A DNA stretch of 32,000 nucleotides from Candidatus Saccharimonadota bacterium (lineage in GTDB: Bacteria; Bacillota_I; Bacilli_A; Mycoplasmatales; Hepatoplasmataceae): NCBI GenBank assembly GCA_027925325.1, contig AP027133.1:180001-212000 (forward strand), written 5' to 3'. Below the pieces are notes generated by a model. That model did not search any database and was not told the origin of the DNA. It saw only the letters and a program-made list of their open reading frames with translations. Both the position numbers and the translations under genes were made by a program. Positions within the stretch are counted from its first letter, which is position 1. Each line of letters starts with the position of its first letter. Shown piece by piece: positions 1 to 12,953 of this stretch.

Positions 1-83
1 ATAAGAAAATAAATAATTTATTATTATCAATTTCTCACGAAAAAAATTATACAATTGCTTTTGTTATTTTGTTAGAAAATTAG
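1..83 (+). CDS. acpS: holo-[acyl-carrier-protein] synthase, 3' end only (partial at window edge)
   Basis: The frame starting at nt 3 is open to TAG at 81-83. The peptide ...LLLSISHEKNYTIAFVILLEN resembles the conserved C-terminal SISH..yA.A.vvLE end of AcpS. Only about 26 codons are visible. Confidence 0.5.
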   Translation, partial: KKINNLLLSISHEKNYTIAFVILLEN

Positions 84-103
84 TTGAAAGGTAAATTTAT
101 AAA

Positions 104-997
104 ATGATTGAATATATTAAAAATTTTTTTAGAATAATTTGATTTTCTTTATTTGAAGTTCACTCATTAAAAAGGGGATCTAAAAAGTTAAAAAAATGAA
201 TTAAAAAAAATAAAAAAGAACAAGATCCAAATCTACATCCTTTTTCCAAAAGATGAAAATACATTTATAAAAAGATACGTCAGTTTAATAAAAGAGCAGG
301 AATTAAGATTAAAGTAATTGGAGAAGAAAATATTCCTTCTGGTGCTACTTGAGTTACTCCTAATCATACTTCGAATTTGGATGGATTTTATTTGATTCAT
401 GCTTTAGGTTCAAAATTAGAATTAACTTCTGTTGCAAGAGATGGAGTTAAAAAATCACGTTTAACTAGTGGATATTTTTTAGGTTCAGATTCATTTTACT
501 TAAATAGAGCTAATATAAGAGATTCCTTTACGGTTTTAACACAAACTGCGCAATATATCAAAAAAAATAATCGTGGAGTAATTATTTTTCCAGAAGGGAC
601 AAGATCATTATCAACAGATCTTTTGGATTTTAAATGTGGCAATTTTAAATTCCCACAGAAATATGCAATACCAATTTTACCTGTTACTGTTCTTGGAACA
701 TTACAAGCAAAGCATTTCTTTAGTTTGAAGTATCGTGAAGTAACAGTTGTCATTCATAAAGTAATTAAACCAATTCAACATATTAAATTGCCAACCGATA
801 TTTTATGTAAAAATATCCGTAATATAATTAAAGATGAACTTGATAAATATCAAAAAAATCTTTCTGCAAAAGAATTAAAACATTTTCTTAAATTAAAAGA
901 AAAATCAAAAAAGAAACAATATAAAAAAAATCTTAAATTAAATAAAGAAATACAAAAATCATTAGAAGAAAATATAGAAGGTAAAGATGATAAATAA
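104..997 (+). CDS. plsC: 1-acyl-sn-glycerol-3-phosphate acyltransferase
   Basis: ATG at 104 joins track ORF 377..997 in the same frame through four in-frame TGA (Trp) codons. Acyltransferase motifs NHTSNLD (HX4D) and FPEGTRS are present. Confidence 0.85.
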
Positions 998-2279
998 TAT
1001 CACAGAAATTATTAATAAAAAAGCTAATAAAAAAGAACTAACAGATCAAGAAATTGATTTTTTTGTTAATAATTTACATAAAAATATTAAGAAATATCAA
1101 GTATCAGCGATGCTTATGGCAATTAAAATAAACGGTCTAAATGATCGCGAACTTATAACTTATCATAATGCTATTCTTAATTCAGGCAAAATTTTAGATT
1201 TAGATGAAAATAGATTTGATAAACACTCCACAGGCGGATTGGGGGATAAAGTTTCAATTATCCTTGCACCTATTTTAGAAGCAATGGGGATAAAATTTTG
1301 AAAATTAAGTGGAAGAGGACTTGGCTTTACCGGAGGAACGATTGATAAATTAGAATCGATCAAAAAATTTAATACAGATTATAGCCTTAAAGCAATTTTA
1401 AAAAAAGATAATGCAAATCATAATTTAATTATTGGACAATCAAAAAATTTAATTCCTGCTGATAAATATACATATTCAATTAGAGATACTTCTGGTTCGG
1501 TAGATTCAACTGAGCTTATTGCCGCTTCTGTTATGAGTAAAAAGATTGCAATGGGAGCAAAAAACATTTTAATTGATTTAAAAGTTGGAAGTGGGGCATT
1601 TTTTAAAACTTTAAACCAAGCGGAAAAATTAGGTAAAAAATTACGTTTAATCGGTGAGAAAAGCAATCGAAATATTTATATTATTTATACAAATATGAAT
1701 GAACCTTTGGGGAAATCAATTGGAAATTCAATTGAAGTAAAAGAAGCGATAAGTTTTTTAAAAAATGAATATAAAGATGAAAAATTAGAAAAAATTATAT
1801 CTAAAATTGCAATTGAATTTTACATCAAAAAAAATAATGTCTCTTTAAAAGAAGCACAAGAAAAATATGATCATATTTTAAAAAAACACAAAGGATATGA
1901 TGCTTTTTTAAATATTTTGCAAAATCAAAAGGTAAAAATTAAAGATTTTAATGAAGATAAAATTTTTCTTCCCAAGCATAGTTATAGAATAATTGCTAAT
2001 AAAAGTGGATATTTTAAATTTAAAAATTTGGAAGATTTAGGATATTTTCTAATTGAAATTAAAGCCGGAAGAAAAAATGATCACGATTCTATTTATAGTC
2101 ATGCAGGCGTTGATTTTTTCGTAAAAAATGGAGATTTTATAAATAAAGGAGATTTGCTTGCTAAAATTTATTCAAAAGAAAGATTAACAGAAGAGCAGAT
2201 CAGGCGATTTGAAAATACTTATTTTCTTACAGATAAAAAAGTAGAGATAGAGGAGATAATTCTTAAGGAAGAGAAATGA
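987..2279 (+). CDS. deoA: pyrimidine-nucleoside / thymidine phosphorylase
   Basis: Track ORFs 987..1301 and 1533..2279 share one frame and join through TGA at 1299. Motifs HSTGGLGDK, SGRGLGFTGGTIDKLES, PADKYTYSIRDTSG and IAASVMSKKIA are present. Confidence 0.9.
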
Positions 2280-3028
2280 TAGAAAAAGGACAATTTAAAA
2301 TTAATGAATATGAAGGTCCTTTAGATTTATTACTCGAACTTATTAAAAGTAAAAAGATGGATATTACAGCGATTTCAATTGTTGAAATCGCCGATCAATT
2401 TATCAAAATTGTAAATGATTTAGAAATTATTAATCTTGATCTTGTTTCTGAATATTTTTTATTAGCAACACAACTTTTAGATTATAAAACAAAATATTTA
2501 CTGGCAATAGAAGAAGGAAAAGATTTTGCTAAAAAAATAGAATTATCAGAAGAGGACCTTTTACAAAGATTGATAATTTATGAAAGCTATAAAAAAGCAA
2601 GTGAAAAAATTTTTAATCTTTACAAAAATAATTTTCTTTTTGGTCGAAAAGATGATCAACTTGAGGATTTTTTATTAACAAATACCGAAAAAAGATATCA
2701 ATTAGTTAGTAAAGGGGTAATTGATATTGAAAAGGCGATTGATCGTATTTATAAATCATTAGAAAAAAATAAGCAAGTAAATACAACTTTAACAATTAAA
2801 CGAATTTCAATCGAAGATCGCAAGAAGGAATTATCTTTATTTTTGCAAAAAAGAAAAAAAAATTATAAATTTTCTGATTTAATTAATTTTGAAAATTTTT
2901 CAAGATATGTGATAGCGATAACTTTGCTTTGTTTACTTGAAATGGCGGCAAATGATCAATTAGAATTAAGGCAAAATAATGATTTTTCTGATATTTTAAT
3001 TATAAAAAAAGCAAATTTAAATTTATAA
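2276..3028 (+). CDS. scpA: segregation and condensation protein A
   Basis: The N-terminal FKINEYEGPLDLLLELIKSKKMDI matches the ScpA signature (F.GPLDLLL.LI). The start overlaps the deoA stop by 4 nt, and scpB follows. Confidence 0.85.
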   Translation: MIEKGQFKINEYEGPLDLLLELIKSKKMDITAISIVEIADQFIKIVNDLEIINLDLVSEYFLLATQLLDYKTKYLLAIEEGKDFAKKIELSEEDLLQRLIIYESYKKASEKIFNLYKNNFLFGRKDDQLEDFLLTNTEKRYQLVSKGVIDIEKAIDRIYKSLEKNKQVNTTLTIKRISIEDRKKELSLFLQKRKKNYKFSDLINFENFSRYVIAITLLCLLEMAANDQLELRQNNDFSDILIIKKANLNL

Positions 3029-3057
3029 TATTTTTAAAATTTTAAAAAAAAGGATTT

Positions 3058-3759
3058 ATGATGGATATAAAAATTTTACAAGCTTTACTTTTTTTAAAAG
3101 GACAAGAAGGGATTAAAATTTCAGAATTAAGTGCGATTTTAAAGAAATCAAAAAAAGAGATAAATAATAATTTGAATAAACTTGAAGATTATTTTATCAA
3201 AACAGATTCTCCTTTTATTCTTAAAAAATTTGAAGATTTTTATTGATTATCAATAAATCAAGAAATTGGTCTTGCGCTTACAAAAATATTAAAAAAAGAT
3301 GTTTCAATCAAATTATCTAAAAGTTTAATTGAAACTCTTACGATAATAGCTTATAATCAACCAGCAACTAAAAGCGATGTTGAAAAGATTAGAGGTTTTG
3401 GTGCAGAATATGCCTTTGCAAAATTAATTGACTATAATCTGATTGAAGATTTAGGAATTGATAAAACAAGGCGTGGAAAACCGCATATTTATCAAACAAC
3501 ATCTTATTTTTTAAAGTTATTTAATTTAAAATCACTTGCTGAACTTCCTATTTTGAAAAAAGATTTTCTTGAAAAGACAGAAGAATTAAATCTTTTTGAT
3601 TATCAAAATGAAAAAGATTTGCAATTAAATTATGATGAAAATATAAAATTAAAATCTTCAGCAAAAATGCTTGCGAAGATTGAATTAGAAAAATTGTCAG
3701 AAAAAGAGATTGAAAATAATCTTGAAAAGACAATTGAGATAAACCAAAATGAATTATAA
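3058..3759 (+). CDS. scpB: segregation and condensation protein B
   Basis: ORFs 3058..3246 and 3553..3759 share a frame and join through TGA at 3244. The joined text contains LQALLFLKGQEGI and ETLTIIAYNQPATKSDVEKIRG, the ScpB winged-helix motifs. Confidence 0.85.
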
Positions 3760-4480
3760 AAAAAGTGAAAGAATCCAAAAATTAATTGCAAATTATGGCA
3801 ATTATTCTCGTCGCGAAGTTGAAAAATTAATATTAGCAAAGAAAGTCTTCAAAAATTCACAACTTGTTAAAATTGGTGATTTTGCTACAGTTGATGATAA
3901 AATCGTTATCAATAATGAAAAAATTATCTTTAATTTAAAACATGATTATTTTATTCTAAATAAACCAAAAGGTTATATTTGTAGTCGAATCGATCCAAAA
4001 AATCGTTCAGTTATTTCACTAATAAATAATTATAAAAAAAGGAATTTATTTACAATTGGAAGATTAGATGTAAATACAACCGGACTTATTATTGTCACAA
4101 CCGATGGAAATTTAAAAAAAATTGTGGAAGATCCAACAAGTAAAATTAAAAAAGTCTATCTTGTTTGATTACAAAAAAAAATCACAAGCAATGATCTTAA
4201 AATTTTACAAAAGGGAGTAAAATTAGACGATGGATATCTTACTAGACCGATTGAAAAAATTAAGATTATTAATAATAATGAAAAAATTTTAATAAAAATG
4301 ACAATTACTGAGGGCAAAAAAAATCAAATTAAAAGAATGTTTGATGCACTTGATAATAAAGTTATTAATTTAAAAAGAATAGAAATCGGACATATAAAAT
4401 TAGGGGCAATTAAATTAAAAGAATATCGTAAACTTAATAAACAGGAGATTTATCAAATGTTGTCAGTAAAAATAAATTAA
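3749..4480 (+). CDS. rluB: RsuA/RluB-family rRNA pseudouridine synthase with N-terminal S4 domain
   Basis: ORFs 3749..4168 and 4298..4480 share a frame and join through TGA at 4166. There is an S4-like N-terminus (RIQKLIANYGNYSRREVEKLI) and the catalytic motif GRLDVNTTGLIIVTTDG. The position after scpAB matches Firmicutes. Confidence 0.8.
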
Positions 4481-4492
4481 AAGAGAGGGAAA

Positions 4493-6202
4493 ATGGAAAA
4501 AATAGATGAAGGGAATAAAAAATTAGATTCATTTTATAATGATTCTAATCTTTGAAAAACCTATTTTCGAATTAGTATCCCTGTAATAATTTTGATGCTT
4601 TCTACAGCAAGTTATTCTTTAATTGATTCAATTATCGCAACTGTTTATGTAGATGGCGAGACTTTCTTTGGTAGTGAAACTTTAAATGCTGCAGATGTTT
4701 TAAGTATCGTAACTCCTTTTGTCGTCTTCATGTTTACAATTTCTTATCTTTTTGTCGTCGGCGTCGGTTTATTTATGCCGATAGTATTAGGGAAAAAAGA
4801 TTTTAAAATTGCTCATAAAATAATCGGTGAAGGGATGTCGCTTTCGATTATTTTTGGATTACTAACAATTTTACTTTTTTATTTTTTAGCTGAGCCTTGG
4901 ATGAATTTTTTTGCAAAAAAAAATGATGGGATAACAGATGAGGCGATTAGTCAAGGGATAATTTATATGCAAATTACAACTCTTGCTGTTGCTTTTAATG
5001 GGGTAAGAGATGTAATTGTACGTGCATTAAGAGTTGAAGGAAAAAATATTCCTTCTGCCCTTATTCCAATTATTGCCCTTCCTGTTAATTTAGGATTTGA
5101 TGTTATTTTTATGAATCCTAATCTAGTTGGAATGGGATTAGAAGGAGCGGCCTATGCGACTGTAATTGGCGCTTTTGTTGGTGCTCTTGCCGGTATTTTA
5201 TATGCCGTTTATTTAAATTATAAAAGAGATACTTATATTAGTTTTAATTTAAGATATTGAACTCTTACTTGAACAATTTCGACAACGATTATGTTGTATG
5301 GATTTAGTTCTTTTTATTATCGGGCAACGATTATGTTTTTTATCTTATGATATGTTTATTTTTTAAATTTATTAGATGGACAATTAAAAGATGCCGGAAC
5401 AGTTGCTTCCTTTAATAAGTATTCGACCGCTTCTATTCAAACGATCTTTTTTGTAAATGCCGTCGCCTCCGGATTTGCTCAAGGAGGATCGGTTATCTTA
5501 GCTTATCATTATGGTAAGAAAAACTATGATATAGTTGATCGTGGTTTAAAAATTTCATTTATTTACAATATTTTAGCAGAAGGAATTGTTGTGATTTTTA
5601 TGCTTTCTTTTGCTCGTTATATTATGCAAGTTTATGATGTAAATATCTTTTCGCCAATCGATAATCCGCAACCAGATCAATTAAGTCTTTATGCTAATTA
5701 TTTTAGATTAACCGTTCTTGGATTACCTTTGGTTTTATTACAAACACCAGAAACAATGTTTTATGGCTTACGGAAGCAACCAAGAATCCTCGCAATTCAC
5801 TCCACGGTGGCAAATGTCCTTGTCGGGCCCTTCTTATTTTGAGTAATGTATCAAACGATTGATGTACAATCAGCAGCAACAAATCCTAATTTAATTTTTC
5901 CTTATTTCACATCAATGATTATAATAGGAATTGTTGAGCTTACGATTACTTCGCCATTTATGAGTTATTCATATTACACGATCGGCGATGAAAAAACGAC
6001 TCTTTTACAGTATTGAAAACATAAATTTATCAAGAAAGATTATCAAAACCCTTATTTTGATAATAATAATCATAAGTTTTGATCATTAGATTTTATTAAG
6101 AGTAAACCAGAACAAAATGATCCTGAAAATAAAAAAGGAGATAAATTAGAAAATAAGAAGATAGAGAAAAAAAATAACAATGATAAAAAACACAAAAAAT
6201 AA
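4493..6202 (+). CDS. MATE/MOP-family multidrug-type efflux transporter
   Basis: ATG at 4493 follows GAGAGGGAAA. Fragments 4592..5260 and 5591..5842 are in the same frame and are linked only by TGA codons. The protein is a long run of hydrophobic segments by eye. The stop is TAA at 6200-6202, after a Lys/Asn-rich tail. Confidence 0.65.
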
Positions 6203-7040
6203 ATCTGAAAAATTTAAATTACAAAAAAATAAAAAATATCTTTTCGCAACCGATTTAGATGGGACTTTTTTGACATCTTATCGTGATTCGATGCATGTCG
6301 ATAATTATCAAGCTGTAAAAATGATTAAACAACATCATTTTCCATTTGTTATTGCAACCGGAAGAAGTTGATGATGAGCAAAAAAAATTTATGATCAATT
6401 AGGACTTGTCGATGCTTCGATTCATTTTTCAGGTGCACAAATTCATAATGTTAATAATAATGCATTTAAAGTTAATTTTAATCATAAATTTATTGAAATT
6501 TACACTTATATTAAAAAAGAAGAGATTATTGAACTTGTAAAAGAAAATGATTTAATTACAAAAGTTGATTTTTTTAGTGTCGTTGGAAAAGAACATCAAG
6601 CTGAATTTTCGGAAATGGAAGATATTGACAAATTATTTTTTGATGCCTTTGAATTTGTATGTGTGATAAAAAATAATCCGCGCTATGCTAATAAATTATT
6701 TTTAGATTTAAAGAAAAAATATCAAAAAAGATTTGTGATCAAATATTGAGAACATCAAAAAATGCGCGAGATTGTTTTTTCGCCTCCTGAAACAGATAAG
6801 GCAATCGCCTTAAAATATGTTTTAAAACAATATAATATGACAGAGGATAATTTAATTTATTTTGGTGATAATATAAACGATATAGAAGCTTTAAAATTAG
6901 CAAAAATGAGTTATGTACCTAAAAATGGCAATAAAAAAGCATTAGAAGTGGCAAAAGAAGTTTTAGATAATACAAATGATCAGGGAGCTGTTGCCAAAAA
7001 AATTATTCAATTAATAAATGATTTAGATAATGAAAAGTAA
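6180..7040 (+). CDS. Cof-type HAD-superfamily phosphatase
   Basis: ORFs 6180..6371 and 6762..7040 share a frame. HAD motif I FATDLDGTF and motif IV GDNINDIEAL are present. The join runs through three consecutive TGA codons (6369-6377) and one more at 6747. Confidence 0.8.
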
Positions 7041-7800
7041 TATCGATAAAATTACATCAATAAAAAATGTTAGAATCAATTATTTTTATAAATTAAAGCA
7101 AAAAAAATATATTTTAAAGGAAAAATTATTTTTGATTGAGGGTAGAAATATCATCGATGAAGCGATTAAAAAATCTTTCGTAGAGACGATTTTATTATTA
7201 GATAAAAATGATTATCAAAATTTTAAGGGCGAAAAGATTATTGTAAATCAAAAAATTCTTGATAAATTATCATTTAATAAAAAAGGGAACAAGGCGATTG
7301 CTATTTGTAAAATTAAAGATAAAATTTTTCTTGAAGATAATTTAAATTTTAAAAAAATCATTGTTTTGGATAAAATTCAAGATCCAATTAATTTGGGAGT
7401 GATTATCAGAACAGGGTTGGGTTTTAATTTTGATGCGATCTATCTTACGGAAGAAAGTGTTTTTTTATATAATAATCGCGTAATTTCAGGATCGCAAGGA
7501 GCTATCTTTTCGCTTCCTGTTTTTTATATAAAAGATTTAAATTTATTAAATGATTATCAAAAATATCTATTTGTAATTGATAAATCGGCACAAAAATTAA
7601 CTGATATTAAAAAAATACCAGATAAAATGGCTCTTATTTTTGGTAACGAAGGATCGGGGATAAGCAAACCTTTTTTAAGCCTAAATGATAGTAAAAAAAT
7701 TTATATTCAGACCGCAAATAATCTTAATTCTTTTAATGTCGCAATTTCAGCGGCAATCGCTTTTTATTATTTTGAAATTATTGCTAAAAATGTTTTATAA
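7030..7800 (+). CDS. TrmH/SpoU-family RNA 2'-O-methyltransferase
   Basis: SpoU motifs are present: LDKIQDPINLGVIIRT, LIFGNEGSGIS and NSFNVAISAAIAFY. Confidence 0.8.
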   Translation: MKSNIDKITSIKNVRINYFYKLKQKKYILKEKLFLIEGRNIIDEAIKKSFVETILLLDKNDYQNFKGEKIIVNQKILDKLSFNKKGNKAIAICKIKDKIFLEDNLNFKKIIVLDKIQDPINLGVIIRTGLGFNFDAIYLTEESVFLYNNRVISGSQGAIFSLPVFYIKDLNLLNDYQKYLFVIDKSAQKLTDIKKIPDKMALIFGNEGSGISKPFLSLNDSKKIYIQTANNLNSFNVAISAAIAFYYFEIIAKNVL

Positions 7801-7841
7801 TTATTCTATGAAATTTTAAAATTTTGTTAAAGGAGTTTTTT

Positions 7842-8159
7842 ATGATTACAGAATTTAGTGAAAATAAATTCAATCAATTTATTAAAGAAAAGAAACTATT
7901 TGTAGTAGATTTTTTTGCTGTTTGATGCGGACCTTGTAAGATGTTTGCTCCAGTTTATAAAGAAGGATCTGATCAGTATGCATCAAAAGGTTTTACTTTT
8001 TTAAAAGTTGATGTTGATGAACATACAAATTTTGCCGCAAATCAAGGAGTAACATCTGTTCCTACGATTGTTATTTATAAAGATGGAAAAGAATTTAATC
8101 GTTGATCAGGGGCAACAAATTTAGAAAATTTTAAAAAGCGATTAGATGAAGCGCTTTAA
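7842..8159 (+). CDS. trxA: thioredoxin
   Basis: This gene is absent from the ORF track. ATG at 7842 follows AAAGGAG. The active site W-C-G-P-C is encoded TGA-TGC-GGA-CCT-TGT at 7923-7937. A second TGA lies near the 3' end, and the stop is TAA at 8157-8159. Confidence 0.9.
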
Positions 8160-8166
8160 TTAAAAA

Positions 8167-9210
8167 ATGAAATTAGAAATTGAGAAAATTATTGGTTTAT
8201 TAAAAGAAGAAATAAAGCAAATTAATAATTTAGAAGAATGAAAAAAAATAAAGGCAAAATTTCTTTCAAAGTCAAGTTTTTTAAATAAATTGCGATCAGA
8301 TTTAAAAAATGCAAAAGATAAAAAAGAACTAGGGCAATATGTTCAATATTATTTGCAAAATATAAATGCAATTTTATATGATAAACGTGAACAGTTAGAA
8401 GGCAAAAATATTTTTACTAGCGAAAATAATATTTTACTTGCTAAAAATATTCCCGAAATCATAATTCAAAGTAATGATAAGGGAAAAATTCATCCTTTGA
8501 CAAAAATTTCCTTCATTATAAATCAATATTTTGATAATTTAAATTTCAATTATGTTTATGGTAATGAAATAGAGATAGAAAAATTTAATTTTGACTTATT
8601 AAATATTCCAAAAAATCATCCAGCAAGAGAGATGCAAGATACCTTTTATCTTCTTGATGAAAATAAACTTTTGCGAACTCATACTACAAATATAACAGCG
8701 CGAAAATTATATGATGATAAGAGTAATTTGCTTAAATATTATACGATTGGAACGGTATATCGTAATGATGATAATGATTCTACACACTCATTGCAATTTA
8801 ATCAATTAGATTTCTTTATGCTTTCAAAATCAACTTCAATTGCGCATTTTAAATACATATTATCAAAATTATTAGAAAAAATTTTTGGGAAGGATCTTGA
8901 AATTAGATTTAGATTATCTTATTTTCCATTTACGGAACCATCATTTGAAGTAGATATAGGTTGTTTTCATTGTCATAAAAAAGGCTGTTCAATATGCAAA
9001 AATAGTGGTTGAATTGAGATTTTAGGATCAGGGATGATAAGTGATGAAGTTCTTAAGTTAACAGATAAAGATGTAAATCAAATGCAGGGGTTTGCAGCAG
9101 GGGTTGGAATTGAAAGATTGGCGATGATTCGTTTTAATGTAAAAGACATTCGTGATTTTTATCTAAATAATCTTAAATTTTTAAAAAATTATGATCAGAA
9201 AGAAAGATAG
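8167..9210 (+). CDS. pheS: phenylalanine--tRNA ligase alpha subunit
   Basis: ATG at 8167 is in the same frame as ORF 8290..9012, with TGA joins at 8239 and 9010. Class II aaRS motifs are present: HPAREMQDTFY, LRTHTT, FPFTEPS and GAGVGIERLAM. Confidence 0.92.
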
Positions 9211-9212
9211 TG

Positions 9213-11249
9213 ATGAAAATATTATTAAATGAACTAAAAAAATTTGTTAATTTAGATGGTGTTTCAAATGAAACATTATTTAAATCTTTAAATTCTTTGG
9301 CTTACGAAGTTGAATATTTTCATAAAATTAATAATCTTAAAAATAAATCATTAATAAAATTAGCAAAAGTCCTTAATTGTAAAAAACATCCCAATGCTGA
9401 TCGATTATCTGTTTGCAATATTTTAACAGAAGATAAAGAATATCAAGTTGTTTGTGGAGCAAAAAATATTCAAGAAGGACAGACTGTAGCACATGCCCTT
9501 CCTGGTTCTATTGTTAATAATTTAAAATTGCAACAAAGAAAAATTCGTGGTATTTTATCAAATGGAATGATTCTTTCTTTACAAGAAATTTTAGATTTAA
9601 AAAAAGAAATTGTTGAAACAGAAGAAAAAGAAAATATTTTTGTTTTTGATAATCGAATTTCACTAAAAAATAATTTTTTTGATTTATTAAAGATAAATGA
9701 CTATTTAATTGATATCACAATTTTACCTGATCGTAATTATGCTAATTCTTATCAATTTCTCGCAAGAGAAATTGCTGCTTATTTGAATTTAAAATTTGTT
9801 GATGATGATAAGGATTTACTTTTAAATTTTAATCCGGAAATTAATTTAAAAACAAAATCAGAAGATTTAATTTTAACAGAGGATGCTGTTGCTTTTGCTA
9901 TTAGTAATGTTTTACTAAATAATAAAGGAAAAAATAAAACACCTTTTGAAATTAAACTAGTTCTTTATTTAAATGACATTAAACCACAAAATAACATCTT
10001 AGATTTAATTTTTTATTTTAAATTAATTTATGGATTATCAATTTATCCGATTAAAGAAAAAGATAAGTATTTTTTTGATGGAGAACTTATTAACGATAAA
10101 ATTAATATTTTTGAATCTGATCCCTTTAAAGATTTTGATCAATTTTCTGAAAAATTTAATTTGATTGCTTTTGCTAGTAAAAAGAAAAAAAATATTACTA
10201 TTGAAAAAAATATTAATCATTTTTTTGGCAAGCAAAATGCAAAAGGAACTGAATTTAGTCAAGTTTCTTTACTTGAATTATTTTTAATTTATGCTAAAAA
10301 ATATGACTATTTAAAATCATATTCAAATATTTTAGTAAAGAATTTACAGATGAATGATTATTCAAATCAAATTAAAACAATTTCACTTTCGGAAGATTAT
10401 TTAAAAAATTACGTTGGTGAAAAAATAAATTTAATTAATATTAATGAGAAATTAAAAATATTAGGATTTGATTATATTCAAGATAAACAAATCTGAAAAA
10501 TTCCTAATTATCGTTTTGATATAAATGCAAAACAAGATTTAATTGAGGAAATTATTCGATATTATGGAATTGAAAATATAGCTGGACAAAAATATCCGAT
10601 TGTAAAAGAATTTGTCAAAATTGAAAATAATAAATATTTTATTGAAAAAGTAACAAATTTATTGATTGGATATGGTTTTAATGAGGTTAAAAATACTTCT
10701 TTTATTAATCAAAAAGAATTTGATAAATATAATTTATGAGATATTAAAAATCCGATCTTACTTAGTAAAAGATATTCGATTGCCAATAATATTTTAAGAA
10801 ATTCCTTACTTAAGGGATTATTAAATAATCATAATTTAAATTATAAAAATGATTTTGAGGATATTCGGTTATTCGAGTTTGGTAATATTTATTTTTCAAC
10901 ACAAGAAAATGATTTTAAACTTGCTTTTGGCTTAATTTTTGATGACAAAATTAAATATGAACTAAAAACAGAGGATAAAAATCAACAAAAATCACCACTT
11001 TTGATCGGTGATAAGATTATAAAAGAGGTATTTAAGATTATCGGGCTAAAGACAGATTATAAATATCTTGTTTATAAAGAACTCACGACTAAAACAGATA
11101 TTTTTAATCAAAATCAAGCTGTTGAGGTTTATTATAATGGCGATTTGGTAGCCTATTTTGGTGAATTAAATCACAGCATTTTACGAGCTAATAAATATAT
11201 AAGATTAGATAAAATAAAGGCTCAGTTGTATTATTTAGAAATGATTTAG
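9213..11249 (+). CDS. pheT: phenylalanine--tRNA ligase beta subunit
   Basis: ORFs 9210..10496 and 11001..11249 share a frame and join through TGA codons. There is an N-terminal tRNA-binding domain (KHPNADRLSVCNI...VVCGAKN) and a B5-type segment WKIPNYRFDINAKQDLIEEIIRYYG. Confidence 0.9.
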
Positions 11250-11270
11250 CAAATTATTTACAAGTTTTTT

Positions 11271-11305
11271 CTCTTACTTTTTAAATTTTTTTGTAAGAGT
11301 TTTTA
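11271..11305 (+). terminator. candidate intrinsic terminator after pheT
   Basis: CTCTTAC (11271-11277) and GTAAGAG (11293-11299) form a perfect 7-bp inverted repeat followed by TTTTT. The loop is long at 15 nt. Confidence 0.4.
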
Positions 11306-11324
11306 ACTTTTTAGGATGGTAAAA

Positions 11325-12908
11325 ATGAAAATAAAAATCAAAAAATTTTTTATTGATGTTGAGTGAACATTTTTTTTAATAATTCTTTTTTCACTCCTGA
11401 TTCCATTTACTTATAAATTTATTCGTTATTTTTGATTATCAAAACAATCAATCGAAGATTTTTCTAATATTTTGGGGATTCTTTCAACTATTAATTTAGT
11501 TTTTGAGACAGCTACGGTTTTTTTAATTGTTCCTGTTTATTCTTTTGTAAATAAAAATATTAAAAATAAAGTCGAACAAAAGGAAAAATTTTTAATTTCC
11601 TTTGCAATTGTCTTTGTTACCCTTATTTTTATTAATTTAATAATGGCTGTTTGTGCCTATCCATATGTTATCTATGTACTAGATGGAGGAGCGCAGATGA
11701 ATCAATTAGCCTTTACATTTATCATAAGTTCGATTGGTTTTTCTTTCTTGTTATTTGATCATTTATTTATTGCTTTTTTGGTTTTAAAAAGAGATAAGAT
11801 GAGTGCTTTTTTACTTACATTTATTGGAATACTGATTCTTTTTCTTTCCGATTTTTTCTTGATATCAGGAATTTTTATTGAGAACCCAGATTATTTTATT
11901 CTTTCGATTTCTTTTTTATTGGGACCTTTAATTTATTTTGTTTTAATTTTTGGATGAGTTTTTATTAAAGAATTTAAAGAGTGAAAATTAGCTTTTAAAT
12001 CCTTTTCATTTAAAAAATGAAAAAAAGATTTAAAAATTTATAAAAAAACAAGTTTTTTTGTCGGAATTGAAACCTTAATTTGAAATTTACTTTGATTTTT
12101 AGGCGTTTCAATGCCTCTTTATATTGGCTTTGATGAACCCTATATCGAAACGGCTTTTATTTTAAGTGATGCGATGTTTTGGACAATTCTTACCGTTCCG
12201 CTAACGGCATTTACTTATCTGCAAGCAGAAAGGCACTCTCGTGTTTATGATTGAAAGGAACATAATTTTGTCTTATTTAATGGTTTTATTTTTGTCTTTT
12301 TAATCGGTATTAGTTGGCTAATTCTTGGTCCGATCTTGATATTTTTAATTTATCCTCATTATATTTCTGTTGATTATGCTTATGCAATTTCACATCTCTC
12401 TGATTTTGTTACCGTGAACGATTTATCTGGAGGAGTTGTAAATTCAATTGGAGTATTAGGTGATAATTATTATGATGTAGCCTACGGTTATTTAAGATCA
12501 TTTTGTTTAATTTTATTGCCATTTTTCTATATGATGCTTATTATTAGAGTTATTTATACTTATTGAGTATCGGTTGGAAATGCTTTTAAGACATTGATTG
12601 GAACGATAATTGGAGCAGGGGTTGTTTGAATTCCATCGACAATTATTTTTTCAACACTTGCAATAATTGGAATAGATTTTTCTCCTTATTTCCTTATTTT
12701 TATCTATGGTTTTGGTATTTTAGCGATGGCAATAAGTTATTCTTACCAATTGTATCTTGAAAATAAAACAGATCCTTCTTATTGAAAATGATATGAAAAG
12801 TTATTGGTAATCGATGAAAATAAATCTTTATTGGCAGCAGATGGAATCAGAATAAAGGAACAAGAATTATCGATAATTGATGAAAATAAGGGAGAATTAG
12901 AAAATTAA
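11325..12908 (+). CDS. polytopic membrane protein, MOP/MATE-like transporter candidate
   Basis: ATG at 11325 is in the same frame as ORFs 11472..11957 and 12336..12566. All gaps contain only TGA codons (I counted at least nine). The protein is highly hydrophobic throughout. The stop is TAA at 12906-12908. Confidence 0.55.
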
Positions 12909-12953
12909 TTATCATTAAATAAAGTATAATGAAGTTATATTTGATTGATTATT

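Noticed and set aside
496-753. Minus-strand track ORFs lying inside + strand genes: 496..753, 1163..1363, 1418..1666, 3548..3778, 3630..3839, 10038..10262, 27723..27971, 30866..31372 and 31484..31738.
   Set aside because: Each lies entirely antisense to a gene with strong conserved motifs (plsC, deoA, scpB/rluB, pheT, the propeller gene, ftsZ). Their translations are low-complexity with no motifs. They are typical shadow ORFs.
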